DNA of 50,756 nucleotides. Origin: Patescibacteria group bacterium (GTDB lineage Bacteria > Patescibacteriota > Minisyncoccia > Phycocordibacterales > DATDWN01). A program made the translations under genes and the position numbers. The notes under the pieces were generated by a model, which was not told the DNA's origin, did not search any database, and saw nothing but the letters and a program-made list of their open reading frames with translations. Shown piece by piece: positions 16,334 to 25,271 of the stretch. The DNA is taken from the NCBI GenBank assembly GCA_040384485.1, contig JAZKJH010000001.1, positions 1 to 50,756 on the forward strand, in the 5' to 3' direction. Positions within the stretch are counted from its first letter, which is position 1, and every line of letters starts with the position of its first letter.

Positions 16334-16648
16334 ATGAAAAAACTTTATTATACATTGGCTTATATAATTTTGTTAGGAATACCTTCCTTGGTGTTGTCAA
16401 AGTTTGTGGATGTGGAATTAAAGTCACTTGTATTTACAGTGCTGGCTTCTATAGTAGTAGGTCAAGTATTGGAAATATGGGCAGTAAGACATGGCAAAAA
16501 GGATAGATCTTTCGTATGGGATTATAGTTCCAAATTCATACTCGGGCCAAAAATTTTTGATATACCCATTGAAGATTTTATTTTGTTTCTAATTTTGACC
16601 CCGATTTTTATAGTATATTTTTATGAGTTTATTAATACATTTATATGA
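16334..16648 (+). CDS. Lycopene cyclase domain-like (CrtYc/Yd-type) small membrane protein
   Basis: 3 TM helices with WDY...ILGPKIFDIPIEDFILF. Confidence 0.65.
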   Translation: MKKLYYTLAYIILLGIPSLVLSKFVDVELKSLVFTVLASIVVGQVLEIWAVRHGKKDRSFVWDYSSKFILGPKIFDIPIEDFILFLILTPIFIVYFYEFINTFI

Positions 16649-17313
16649 TTGTAATCCCAGCGATAATCCCTCACACTAAAGAGCAATTAGAAAGTGAGAT
16701 AAAAAAAGTAAAAAATTTTTGTGAACTTATTCAGATAGACATTACTGACGGAGTTTTTGTGCCTACTAAAACTTGGCCATTTAACGGACGGGATGCTGAT
16801 TATTGGGAAAAAATAAAAGGAGAGGAAGAAGGTTGGCCGTATTGGCTAGACGTAGAAGTGGAACTACACTTGATGATAAAAAACCCTGAGGAAACCTTGG
16901 TTGAATGGATTAAAACTGGGGTTACTTGCATAGTTGCCCACATAGAATCAACAGATGATTTTCAGGGAGTTATAGATATTTGTAGAGAAAACTCGGTTGA
17001 TGTAGGTTTGGCAATAAAACCCTCCACAGATATTTCACGAATCGAAAACTTTGTATCTCAAACTGATTTTATTCAAGTAATGGGTAGTGATATGTTGGGT
17101 AAACACAATGTTGAATTGGATGACAAGGCAATTGTGATGATTAAAAAATTGCGCGCTACGTACCCAGAGAGTATAATTGCTATTGATATAGGAGTTGACG
17201 AAGATACTGCAGAAATTTTGGTGGATGCGGGAGTAGATAAGTTTGTTTCTGGAGGATTTATTTTAGATTCCAACGATCCAGGTGGTGCATTCGAGAACCT
17301 TTCTTCTTTTTAA
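16645..17313 (+). CDS. rpe: Ribulose-phosphate 3-epimerase
   Basis: IQIDITDGVFVP, ELHLMIKNP, AIDIGV, FVSGG. Confidence 0.9.
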   Translation: MIVIPAIIPHTKEQLESEIKKVKNFCELIQIDITDGVFVPTKTWPFNGRDADYWEKIKGEEEGWPYWLDVEVELHLMIKNPEETLVEWIKTGVTCIVAHIESTDDFQGVIDICRENSVDVGLAIKPSTDISRIENFVSQTDFIQVMGSDMLGKHNVELDDKAIVMIKKLRATYPESIIAIDIGVDEDTAEILVDAGVDKFVSGGFILDSNDPGGAFENLSSF

Positions 17314-17316
17314 ATT

Positions 17317-18216
17317 ATGGATAACAACCTAACTGACGAAAAAATAAATTTTTTGACAGAAAAGGCTCGTGATATACGAGTGTCTATTATAGAGATGCTA
17401 GTTGCGGCTGGATCGGGACACTCAGCCGGTCCTCTCGGCATGGCAGATATTTTCACAACGCTTTACTTTCACGTATTAAAACATGATCCTAAGAAACCAG
17501 ATTGGACTGACAGAGATAGACTTGTTTTATCCAACGGGCACATAGCACCCGTCCTGTACGCCACAATGGCTCACAGTGGGTACTTTCCTGTTTCTGAGCT
17601 TCTAACCCTACGAAAATTTAAATCTAGGTTACAAGGTCACCCGCATAGGGATTTTTTACCAATGCTTGAAAATAGTTCGGGGCCACTAGGTTCTGGTTTG
17701 TCGCAAGCTGTTGGGATGGCATTGGCTGACAGGATAGATAAAGGTAAATCTAATAGTAGATTTTTCTATTGTTTAACTGGAGACGGGGAACTAGACGAGG
17801 GTCAAAACTGGGAAGCTATTATGCTTGCGGGAAAAGAAAGAATAGGAAACCTTATTGCAATAGTTGATAGAAATAATATTCAGATAGATGGTTATACGGA
17901 AGATGTGATGCCTCTCGAGTCTCTTACGCATAAGTTTGAAAGTTTTGGATGGCATGCAGAAGAAATCAATGGTCATGATTTTGAAGAAATAGTATCTGCA
18001 ATCGGACGAGCACAAGCAGTCTTTGATGGGCCTAGTGTGATCATTGCCAGAACTATTCCTGGTAAAGGAGTTTCTTATATGGAACGTGATTACAAATGGC
18101 ATGGTAACCCACCCGGAACAGAAATAAAAGGAGAACCGCCAAAGGATGAGCAAGTGAAGATTGCTTTGCATGAGCTGAGAACCCTTGGCGGACAAATAAG
18201 GGGCGAACACGAATAA
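17317..18216 (+). CDS. tktA: Transketolase, N-terminal subunit
   Basis: GSGHSAG, DRDRLVLSNGH, LQGHP, GDGELDEGQNWEA. Confidence 0.95.
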   Translation: MDNNLTDEKINFLTEKARDIRVSIIEMLVAAGSGHSAGPLGMADIFTTLYFHVLKHDPKKPDWTDRDRLVLSNGHIAPVLYATMAHSGYFPVSELLTLRKFKSRLQGHPHRDFLPMLENSSGPLGSGLSQAVGMALADRIDKGKSNSRFFYCLTGDGELDEGQNWEAIMLAGKERIGNLIAIVDRNNIQIDGYTEDVMPLESLTHKFESFGWHAEEINGHDFEEIVSAIGRAQAVFDGPSVIIARTIPGKGVSYMERDYKWHGNPPGTEIKGEPPKDEQVKIALHELRTLGGQIRGEHE

Positions 18217-18219
18217 CAT

Positions 18220-19218
18220 ATGCTTAATCAAACTCAAAAATTAAATCCGAAAATATTTGATAAAGATGTGGAACAAGTTCCCATCCGAAAGGGTTTTGGG
18301 GAAGGCTTGTTAGAAGCTGGGGAGAAAAACTCTCAAGTTGTTGGACTTTGTGCAGACCTTACTGAGTCAACTCAGATGCATTTGTTTAGAAATAAATTTC
18401 CAGAAAGATTTATACAGATGGGTGTTGCAGAACAAAACTTGGCGTCAGTGGCGTCCGGTATGTCAGCAATGGGGAAGATCCCTTTTATGAGTAGTTACGC
18501 AATGTTTTCTCCTGGTAGAAACTGGGAGCAGATACGAACTACTATTTGTTATAACGATAGAGCGGTAATAATAGCTGGAAGTCATGCGGGTATTTCTGTT
18601 GGTCCTGACGGTGGGACTCATCAAGCTATCGAAGACCTAGCAATTACTCGGGTTATTCCAAATATGGTTGTCATTTCCCCTTGTGACAGCATAGAAGCCA
18701 AGAAAGCTACCTTGGCCTCTGCTGAGTTAGGTAAACCGGTTTATATTCGTTTGGCACGTGAAAAAACTCCAGTCATAACTACCACAGATTCTCCATTTGA
18801 AATAGGAAAGGCTCAGCTTTTGTATGGTGAGAGAGAAGACAGGGCAGATGTTGGAATAGTTGCTACCGGAGCCTTGGTTCTCAAAGCTTTGAAAGTTGCA
18901 GAGAGACTAAAAAAAGAAGGAATTGCTGTAAAAGTTTTAAATATTTCAACTATAAAACCTATCGACGATAGAATGTTAGTCCAACTTGCTAAAACAACCG
19001 GCGCAATAGTTACTGTTGAAGAACATCAGGTTGCAGGAGGTTTGGGTTCTGCCGTAGCAGAAGTATTAGTTCAGCAGATGCCTGTTCCAATGGAGTTTAT
19101 TGGTGTCAGAGACTTGTTCGGGCAGTCAGGGAAGCCAGAAGAATTGTTGGAACATTATGGGATATCTGAATCAAACATAGTTTCCGCTTCTAAAAAAGTC
19201 ATAGGTAGAAAAGTCTAA
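18220..19218 (+). CDS. tktB: Transketolase, C-terminal subunit
   Basis: MGVAEQN, VGPDGGTHQAIED, TVEEHQVAGGLG. Confidence 0.95.
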   Translation: MLNQTQKLNPKIFDKDVEQVPIRKGFGEGLLEAGEKNSQVVGLCADLTESTQMHLFRNKFPERFIQMGVAEQNLASVASGMSAMGKIPFMSSYAMFSPGRNWEQIRTTICYNDRAVIIAGSHAGISVGPDGGTHQAIEDLAITRVIPNMVVISPCDSIEAKKATLASAELGKPVYIRLAREKTPVITTTDSPFEIGKAQLLYGEREDRADVGIVATGALVLKALKVAERLKKEGIAVKVLNISTIKPIDDRMLVQLAKTTGAIVTVEEHQVAGGLGSAVAEVLVQQMPVPMEFIGVRDLFGQSGKPEELLEHYGISESNIVSASKKVIGRKV

Positions 19219-19223
19219 AAATA

Positions 19224-19314
19224 CCCTATCTACGTTGTTGGATTTCGGTAAAATAATTTTCATTTTATATTTATAAAGCTCAAATTATTTTCCTCATCCG
19301 CCTAGTATCTAAGG
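19224..19314 (+). repeat. Nested-hairpin intergenic element, copy A
   Basis: ATCTACGTTGTTG...GCTCA...TTTCC...CGCCTAGTATCT; stems AAAATAATTT/AAATTATTTT and TTTAT/ATAAA; homologous to 25118..25207. Confidence 0.7.
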
Positions 19315-19352
19315 CATTTTTAAACTTTTCTGAGAAAATCATTAAAAGTGTT

Positions 19353-19380
19353 AAAGGACGATGTGAGAACATCGTCCTTT
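19353..19380 (-). terminator. 12-bp hairpin terminator of the 19384..19749 gene
   Basis: AAAGGACGATGT-GAGA-ACATCGTCCTTT. Confidence 0.75.
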
Positions 19381-19383
19381 GTA

Positions 19384-19749
19384 TTAAGTAGGGAACTCTA
19401 TCTCATCGAGTTTATAGTCGGCGAGAATTGGTAGCACGATATCAAGGATTGCTGGTGTTGATTTTGTATCAACTTCCAGCATTTTTGTGACGATCTGATC
19501 GATTCTTACTTTGCCAGTGTAGGGCAGACCGTTTTCTTCACAGAAGTATCTTGCACCTTCTATGTAAAACCCAACGTGCTGAACACCAGGCTCTTCTTTG
19601 TAGTTCCTCTCGAGAAGGGTTAGATTTTTGGTGATAGAAACTTCTGTCACGGAGCAATCTTCGGTTTGTGCTCTGATGCAATCCAGTGCACTGTCGTAGC
19701 AAGAAAACGGAACAAATTCACAAATAGCTGGTAGAACCAAACTTCCCAT
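19384..19749 (-). CDS. Hypothetical accessory protein (121 aa)
   Basis: AGAGG upstream (19763-19759), own terminator; no family recognised. Confidence 0.65.
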   Translation of the reverse strand: MGSLVLPAICEFVPFSCYDSALDCIRAQTEDCSVTEVSITKNLTLLERNYKEEPGVQHVGFYIEGARYFCEENGLPYTGKVRIDQIVTKMLEVDTKSTPAILDIVLPILADYKLDEIEFPT

Positions 19750-19801
19750 TATTGTTTACCTCTAAAAATTTATTATAACAAATTTTTTGCAACAACTGCA
19801 A

Positions 19802-20788
19802 TTAAATTTGTTGGATTTTGTATGATTCTGGAGCTTTCGCTAGATAATCTCGGATTTGTTCCATTGTTAGTAAGCCTTTCTGTGCTCCAACTTGCTGTAC
19901 AACAGACATGGAGTTGAGTGGGGCCCATGTCATAGCTGTTTCGAGAGATTCACCAAGAGCTAGTGCTGAAACAATAGTTGAAGCAAAAGCGTCTCCGGCC
20001 CCAGTTCTTTCTATTGGTGTGTGGGGATATACGGGCATAAAAAACATTTTATTTTCTCGAGTATTGTATCCGTAGGCCCCAGCAAATCCATCCGTAATAA
20101 TCACTATTTTAGGGCCTAGATTTGCAAATGCCTTTAGGAGGGTAGGTAAGTCCCTCGTGGATTCATTGAGTATGTGCTGAGCCTCCTCAACATTACAGAA
20201 AAATATTTCGGTATTTTTATATATTTTTTCTAAAACGTCTTTTCCAAGTTTTATCTGAAATGTTCCTGGCTGGAAAGACAGTTTTACTTCAGGATTTTTC
20301 TCTAGGAAATCAACAATTTCCATATGAAAGGGTAGAGAGTTTTCTCCCAAAGAAGAAAGATAAATCCATTTTGGAGATTCTACTTCATCCAAACTATAAT
20401 TGAATTCTTCATGCTTGATTAGGATAGTTCTGTCCATCTTGTACCATAAGACATAGTGGTAGTTTGTTTTTTTGTCGCCGTCAATTCTTATGTAGTCAGT
20501 ATTAACACCTTTTTTCTGTAGCTCAGCCAAACAGTCTTTGCCATTCTGATCCCCCCCTACATAAGAAAGAAGTGCTGAGTTAAGTCCTAATTTGCTCGCA
20601 GACACAGCTGCGTTTGCGCTGTTTCCAACGGCGTTGCAAACCTCCACGGATTCAAAAGGCACCTTGTCTCCATACCGAACAGCTAGCATATCTTCGCCTT
20701 TTGAATTTTTTAATACTTCTGCATCATTTAGTCTGATAAAAGCGTCAACAACCGTATCTCCTATAGCAAGAATATCAATATTTTTCAT
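19802..20788 (-). CDS. PfkB family carbohydrate kinase
   Basis: VGNSANAAVSASKLG; ERTGAGDAF. Confidence 0.93.
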   Translation of the reverse strand: MKNIDILAIGDTVVDAFIRLNDAEVLKNSKGEDMLAVRYGDKVPFESVEVCNAVGNSANAAVSASKLGLNSALLSYVGGDQNGKDCLAELQKKGVNTDYIRIDGDKKTNYHYVLWYKMDRTILIKHEEFNYSLDEVESPKWIYLSSLGENSLPFHMEIVDFLEKNPEVKLSFQPGTFQIKLGKDVLEKIYKNTEIFFCNVEEAQHILNESTRDLPTLLKAFANLGPKIVIITDGFAGAYGYNTRENKMFFMPVYPHTPIERTGAGDAFASTIVSALALGESLETAMTWAPLNSMSVVQQVGAQKGLLTMEQIRDYLAKAPESYKIQQI

Positions 20789-20834
20789 AAAAATAGTATA
20801 GCATGTCTTTTTATGCCTGTGCTACAATATTATT

Positions 20835-21704
20835 ATGACTAAAACATTGAGAGAATGCGTGAACGAGGCAAGAGAAAAAAAGGTAGCCATTGGGCATTTT
20901 AATATTTCAAATCTAGAAGGTTTGTGGGGGGTGTTTAGAGCGGCCCAAGAGTTAAATGTTCCTATTATTATCGGAGTTTCAGAAGGAGAGAGAGATTTTG
21001 TGGGAGTACGACAGGCTGCCGCTTTGGTAAAAAGTATAAGAGAGGAGTTTAACTATCCTATTTTTCTAAACGCAGACCACACTTATTCGTTTGAAAGAGT
21101 AAAGGAAGTAATAGATGCTGGATTTGATTCTGTTATTTTTGATGGAGCAAAACTTTCTTTTGAAGAAAATGTTTCAATAACAAAGCGATGTGTTGACTAT
21201 GCTAGAGCTTCTGGGAGAGATGTTCTTGTAGAAGCAGAGCTCGGCTTTATTGGAACATCTTCAAAAATTCTTGATGAGATACCAGAGGGGGTTTTGCTCG
21301 ACGAAAGCTCACTTACCGATCCAGTAAAAGCAAAAGAGTTTGTGGATGCAACAGGAGTCGATATGCTGGCTCCTGCTATAGGGAACTTTCACGGCATGCT
21401 TCGTGGGGGAGTTGATCCAAAACTAAATATAGAGAGAACAAAAGCTATTAGTGACGCGGTGGGTATTCCACTTGTGCTTCACGGTGGTTCAGGTAACTCG
21501 GAAGATGATTTCAAGCAGGCTATAGCGAACGGAGTGTCTATTGTTCATATAAATACAGAGATTCGTGTGGCTTATAAACAAGGTTTGCAGGCAGGTCTTA
21601 CAGAAAACCCAGATGAAGTTGCACCATATAAGTTTTTGAAACCTTCAGTGAAAGCTGTACAGGATGTGGTTGAGAAAAAGTTAAAATTCTTTAATAACCT
21701 TTAA
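20835..21704 (+). CDS. fba: Class II fructose-bisphosphate aldolase
   Basis: FLNADH, VEAELG, IGNFHG, LVLHGGSG, INTE. Confidence 0.93.
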   Translation: MTKTLRECVNEAREKKVAIGHFNISNLEGLWGVFRAAQELNVPIIIGVSEGERDFVGVRQAAALVKSIREEFNYPIFLNADHTYSFERVKEVIDAGFDSVIFDGAKLSFEENVSITKRCVDYARASGRDVLVEAELGFIGTSSKILDEIPEGVLLDESSLTDPVKAKEFVDATGVDMLAPAIGNFHGMLRGGVDPKLNIERTKAISDAVGIPLVLHGGSGNSEDDFKQAIANGVSIVHINTEIRVAYKQGLQAGLTENPDEVAPYKFLKPSVKAVQDVVEKKLKFFNNL

Positions 21705-21707
21705 AAT

Positions 21708-22682
21708 ATGCCGAAAATTTATATTGCTCAGAGAATTCCAGAGATCGGTATTAAAATGCTACAAGATAAAGGCTACGAGGTAGATTTAAACCCAGACGAA
21801 CACAAAATACTTTCTAAAGAGGAGCTACTCAGTGTTTTGAAAGCAAACTCATATGATGCAGTTTTGAGTTTGCTTACTAACAAAATAGACAGCGAGGTTT
21901 TTGATACATCTCCTACTACCAAAATATTTGCTAACTACGCAGTGGGTTATAACAACATAGATGTAGTTGAGGCCAATAAAAGAGGGATCACTGTCACAAA
22001 CACTCCTGGAGCCCTCACAGACGCTGTAGCTGAGCACACGGTAGCACTGCTTTTGTCAGTTACGCTACGAGTAACAGAATCGGATAAGTACTTGAGGGAG
22101 GGAAAGTTTAAAGGTTGGGAACCGTTGGGATTTTTCGGTCTTGATTTAAAAGGGAAGACTGTGGGAATACTTGGGGCTGGCAGGATAGGTTTCAGGGTCG
22201 CCGAGATACTGAAAAAAGGTTTTGAAATGAACATTGCATATTATGATGTAAAGAAAAGCGAATTTTTCGACAATGATTTAGGTGCCGAGTTTTATGAAAG
22301 TCCTGAGGAGCTTATGAAAAACTCTGATGTTGTTTCTGTGCATGTACCTCTTTTAGACTCTACAAAACATTTGATAAATACAGAAAGGCTCCAGCTGATG
22401 AAGCCGACAGCGTTTTTGCTCAACACATCCCGTGGTCCAGTGGTGGACGAGGCTGCACTAGTAAAAGCTTTGCAAAACAAGATTATTGCTGGAGCAGGGC
22501 TCGATGTATTTGAGAATGAACCCTCTCTAGCCATAGGTTTGGCGGAACTTCCGAATGTAGTGATTACTCCTCATATCGCTTCAGCTACTAAACCAGCTCG
22601 GGAAGGAATGGCTGTGCTTGCCGCTCAAAATATAATAGATTTTCTAGACGGAAAAATACCTCAGAATAAAATAGTCGCCTAG
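21708..22682 (+). CDS. D-2-hydroxyacid dehydrogenase (glyoxylate reductase/D-glycerate dehydrogenase-like)
   Basis: AVGYNNID, GILGAGRIG, NTSRG, GLDVFENEP, TPHIAS. Confidence 0.92.
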   Translation: MPKIYIAQRIPEIGIKMLQDKGYEVDLNPDEHKILSKEELLSVLKANSYDAVLSLLTNKIDSEVFDTSPTTKIFANYAVGYNNIDVVEANKRGITVTNTPGALTDAVAEHTVALLLSVTLRVTESDKYLREGKFKGWEPLGFFGLDLKGKTVGILGAGRIGFRVAEILKKGFEMNIAYYDVKKSEFFDNDLGAEFYESPEELMKNSDVVSVHVPLLDSTKHLINTERLQLMKPTAFLLNTSRGPVVDEAALVKALQNKIIAGAGLDVFENEPSLAIGLAELPNVVITPHIASATKPAREGMAVLAAQNIIDFLDGKIPQNKIVA

Positions 22683-22721
22683 GGCTTGTCATTTTTGATA
22701 TTTTTCTATATACTAGCCCTT

Positions 22722-23357
22722 ATGTTTACTTTAGATGCACAAACAAGAGATAAGTCTCAAAATCTAGATACTCTTAGAAACGAGGGCAAAATGCCTGCAG
22801 TTTTCTACGGTAAGAAAAATGAGTCTACTCCAATAACTATTACTCAAAAAGAATTTATAAAAGTTTGGAAAGCAGCAGGTGAGTCGGGAGTAGTTGCTAT
22901 TAAAACTGACAAAGGTTCTGTTGATACTCTTATAAAAGATATCGCAGTTGACCCTGTAACAGATTTACCAGTACATGCTGACTTTTATGTTTTCGAAAAA
23001 GGAAAGAAAATAGAAGTTTCTGTTCCTCTAGAATTCGTTGGTGTTTCTCCTGCAGTTAAAGACTTGAGTGGAAACTTGGTAAAAGCTCTCCAGGAGCTAA
23101 AAATCTCAGCCGATCCTCAACACATTCCACATGAAATTACTGTAGATATCTCAACTCTTGTTGATTTCGACAGTCAGATAGTAGCTGGAGATCTAAAACT
23201 TCCTACTGGCGTTGAGTTGGTAGAGCTAGCTACAGAAGTAGTTGCAGCGGTTGCTCGTCCTAGAGAAGAAAAAGAGGAAGAGTCAGCACCTGTTGACCTA
23301 TCAGCTATAGAAGTTGAGAAGAAAGGTAAGAAAGAAGAAGAAACTCCTGCCGAATAA
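22722..23357 (+). CDS. rplY: 50S ribosomal protein L25 (CTC type)
   Basis: RNEGKMPAVFYG, PVHADF, VPLEFVGVSPAVK, acidic tail. Start set at ATG 22722. Confidence 0.95.
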   Translation: MFTLDAQTRDKSQNLDTLRNEGKMPAVFYGKKNESTPITITQKEFIKVWKAAGESGVVAIKTDKGSVDTLIKDIAVDPVTDLPVHADFYVFEKGKKIEVSVPLEFVGVSPAVKDLSGNLVKALQELKISADPQHIPHEITVDISTLVDFDSQIVAGDLKLPTGVELVELATEVVAAVARPREEKEEESAPVDLSAIEVEKKGKKEEETPAE

Positions 23358-23436
23358 CAAAAGGCCCCTTACAGGGGCTTTTTCTGTGTAAGAAATGGGT
23401 ACCAAAACCGTCATTTAAAGTGTATAATATTTTAAT

Positions 23437-24798
23437 ATGTTCACAAAAAAACTTGTCATGCTGTTTTTCGTGTTCCTACTCTCGTACGGGAGCGTTTTTG
23501 CTATTACAAAGGAAGAGCAAGAGGCTATTTGGAGAGCAGAGCTTGAACAAACCGAAAAGGACATAGCTGAATGGCAGAAAATACTCAATAGTTCAAAGGC
23601 AAACACAGCTTCTTTGCAACAAGAAGCGGCAACTTTGAATGCCAAAATAAAACAAGCCCAGGCTTTCATTAAAAAAAGAAATATCGAAATAGAAAAGCTT
23701 GGTAAGGAGATTACTCAAAAAACTGCAAATATAAAACAACTGGAAGAAAAGATCGATAGAGGACATGAATCTCTAGCGCAACTGCTTAGAAAAACTAAAG
23801 AGATAAACGAAGCTTCTGTATTAGAGGTAGTTTTGGGTAACCAAGACGTTTCAGAATTCTTTTCTGATATTGACTCCTTCCAGACCATAAGAAAAGACTT
23901 GGCTGTATTGTTTGACGACATACGAGAAAATAAAGCTTTGAATCAGAAAGAAAAGGACCTTTTGGATAAGAAAAAAAACCAGGAGTTAGACACCAAGATG
24001 GCTGCTGAAGCTCAGAAAAAGGAAGTAGAAAAGAATGAAAAAGAAAAGCAGTATCTTATAAAGGTTAATAAAACTCAAGAAAAAACATATGAGCAGGTTC
24101 TTTCAGAAAGACAAAAGAAGGCTGCACAAATCCGAGCCGCTTTGTTTAGTTTGAGAGACTCGGCCGCCATACCTTTCGGTGATGCTTTGAAATACGCAGA
24201 AGCAGCAGGCGCTAAAACTGGTGTACGTCCTGCTTTCCTTTTGGCAATTCTTACTCAAGAAAGTAATCTTGGGGCAAACGTAGGTTCGTGTTTGGTAGGG
24301 AATCTTCAGAATGGAGACGGAGCAGGAAAGAATACTGGTAACCCATTCCAGCAAGTTATGAAAGCTCCTAGAGACACTGTGCCTTTTGAAACAATAACAA
24401 CTCGTTTGGGCAGAGATTGGAAAACAACTCCGGTATCTTGTCCTCCTGGAGCAACATATTATTCCGGCAGAGGCTTTGGAGGAGGAATGGGGCCATCACA
24501 GTTCATACCTTCTACTTGGGAGTTGTTTAAAGGAAAGGTGGGAGCAGCTGTTGGTGTGGGTGGAGACTATGCAGACCCGTGGAACCCGGAACACGCTTTT
24601 ATGGCGACTGCTATATATATGAAGGAGCTAGGTGCTCAGTCAGGTTCCTATACTGCAGAGAGAAATGCTGCCTGTAAATACTACTCTGGTTCAGCTTGTT
24701 CATCTACTCGAAAACCACCAAACATGTTCTACGGTAACAGCGTTATGACTATTTCTGAGAATATCCAGACAACTATGATAGATCCTTTGAAAATATAG
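23437..24798 (+). CDS. Exported coiled-coil protein with C-terminal lytic transglycosylase (MltB/SLT-like) domain
   Basis: Signal peptide; ~220-aa coiled coil; ILTQES; GGMGPSQFIPSTW; ADPWNP. Confidence 0.85.
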   Translation: MFTKKLVMLFFVFLLSYGSVFAITKEEQEAIWRAELEQTEKDIAEWQKILNSSKANTASLQQEAATLNAKIKQAQAFIKKRNIEIEKLGKEITQKTANIKQLEEKIDRGHESLAQLLRKTKEINEASVLEVVLGNQDVSEFFSDIDSFQTIRKDLAVLFDDIRENKALNQKEKDLLDKKKNQELDTKMAAEAQKKEVEKNEKEKQYLIKVNKTQEKTYEQVLSERQKKAAQIRAALFSLRDSAAIPFGDALKYAEAAGAKTGVRPAFLLAILTQESNLGANVGSCLVGNLQNGDGAGKNTGNPFQQVMKAPRDTVPFETITTRLGRDWKTTPVSCPPGATYYSGRGFGGGMGPSQFIPSTWELFKGKVGAAVGVGGDYADPWNPEHAFMATAIYMKELGAQSGSYTAERNAACKYYSGSACSSTRKPPNMFYGNSVMTISENIQTTMIDPLKI

Positions 24799-24845
24799 CT
24801 CATTTGCAAAATTGGAGACTTTTTGGTAGAGTAGGGAAACTAAAA

Positions 24846-25112
24846 ATGAAAAAAGATATACACCCAAAGAATTATAGACCAGTATTATTCGTTGATAACT
24901 CAAACAACGAGGAATTTATCCTATCTTCTAGTGTAGCAACTGGAGAAACTGCTAAAGCAAAAGATGGAAAAGAATATCCACTTTTCAGACTTGAAATCTC
25001 AAGTACATCACACCCTTTTTATACTGGAAACGAAAAGTCACTAGATACCGCTGGAAGAGCTGAGAAGTTCCGTGCTCGAGTAGCAACTGCTAAAGCTAAG
25101 AAAACTAAATAA
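24846..25112 (+). CDS. rpmE: 50S ribosomal protein L31, type B (Cys-free)
   Basis: MKKDIHPKNYRPV, EISSTSHPFYTG, GRAEKF. Confidence 0.95.
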   Translation: MKKDIHPKNYRPVLFVDNSNNEEFILSSSVATGETAKAKDGKEYPLFRLEISSTSHPFYTGNEKSLDTAGRAEKFRARVATAKAKKTK

Positions 25113-25117
25113 ACCAA

Positions 25118-25207
25118 CCCCATCTGCGGTGTTGCTGTTTAAGTTTATTCGTTCACCGTATTTTTATACGGCTCACTCATAAACTTTCCAGCGCCTAGCA
25201 TATGGGG
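25118..25207 (+). repeat. Nested-hairpin intergenic element, copy B
   Basis: CCCCATCTGCGGTGTTG...GCTCA...TTTCC...CGCCTAGCATATGGGG; stems AAGTTTAT/ATAAACTT and CCGTAT/ATACGG. Confidence 0.7.
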
Positions 25208-25271
25208 CTGTTTTATTTGTTTTCTATGTGGTACATTTATTTTACCTATTTTAGAGGAACAAAAACACTCC

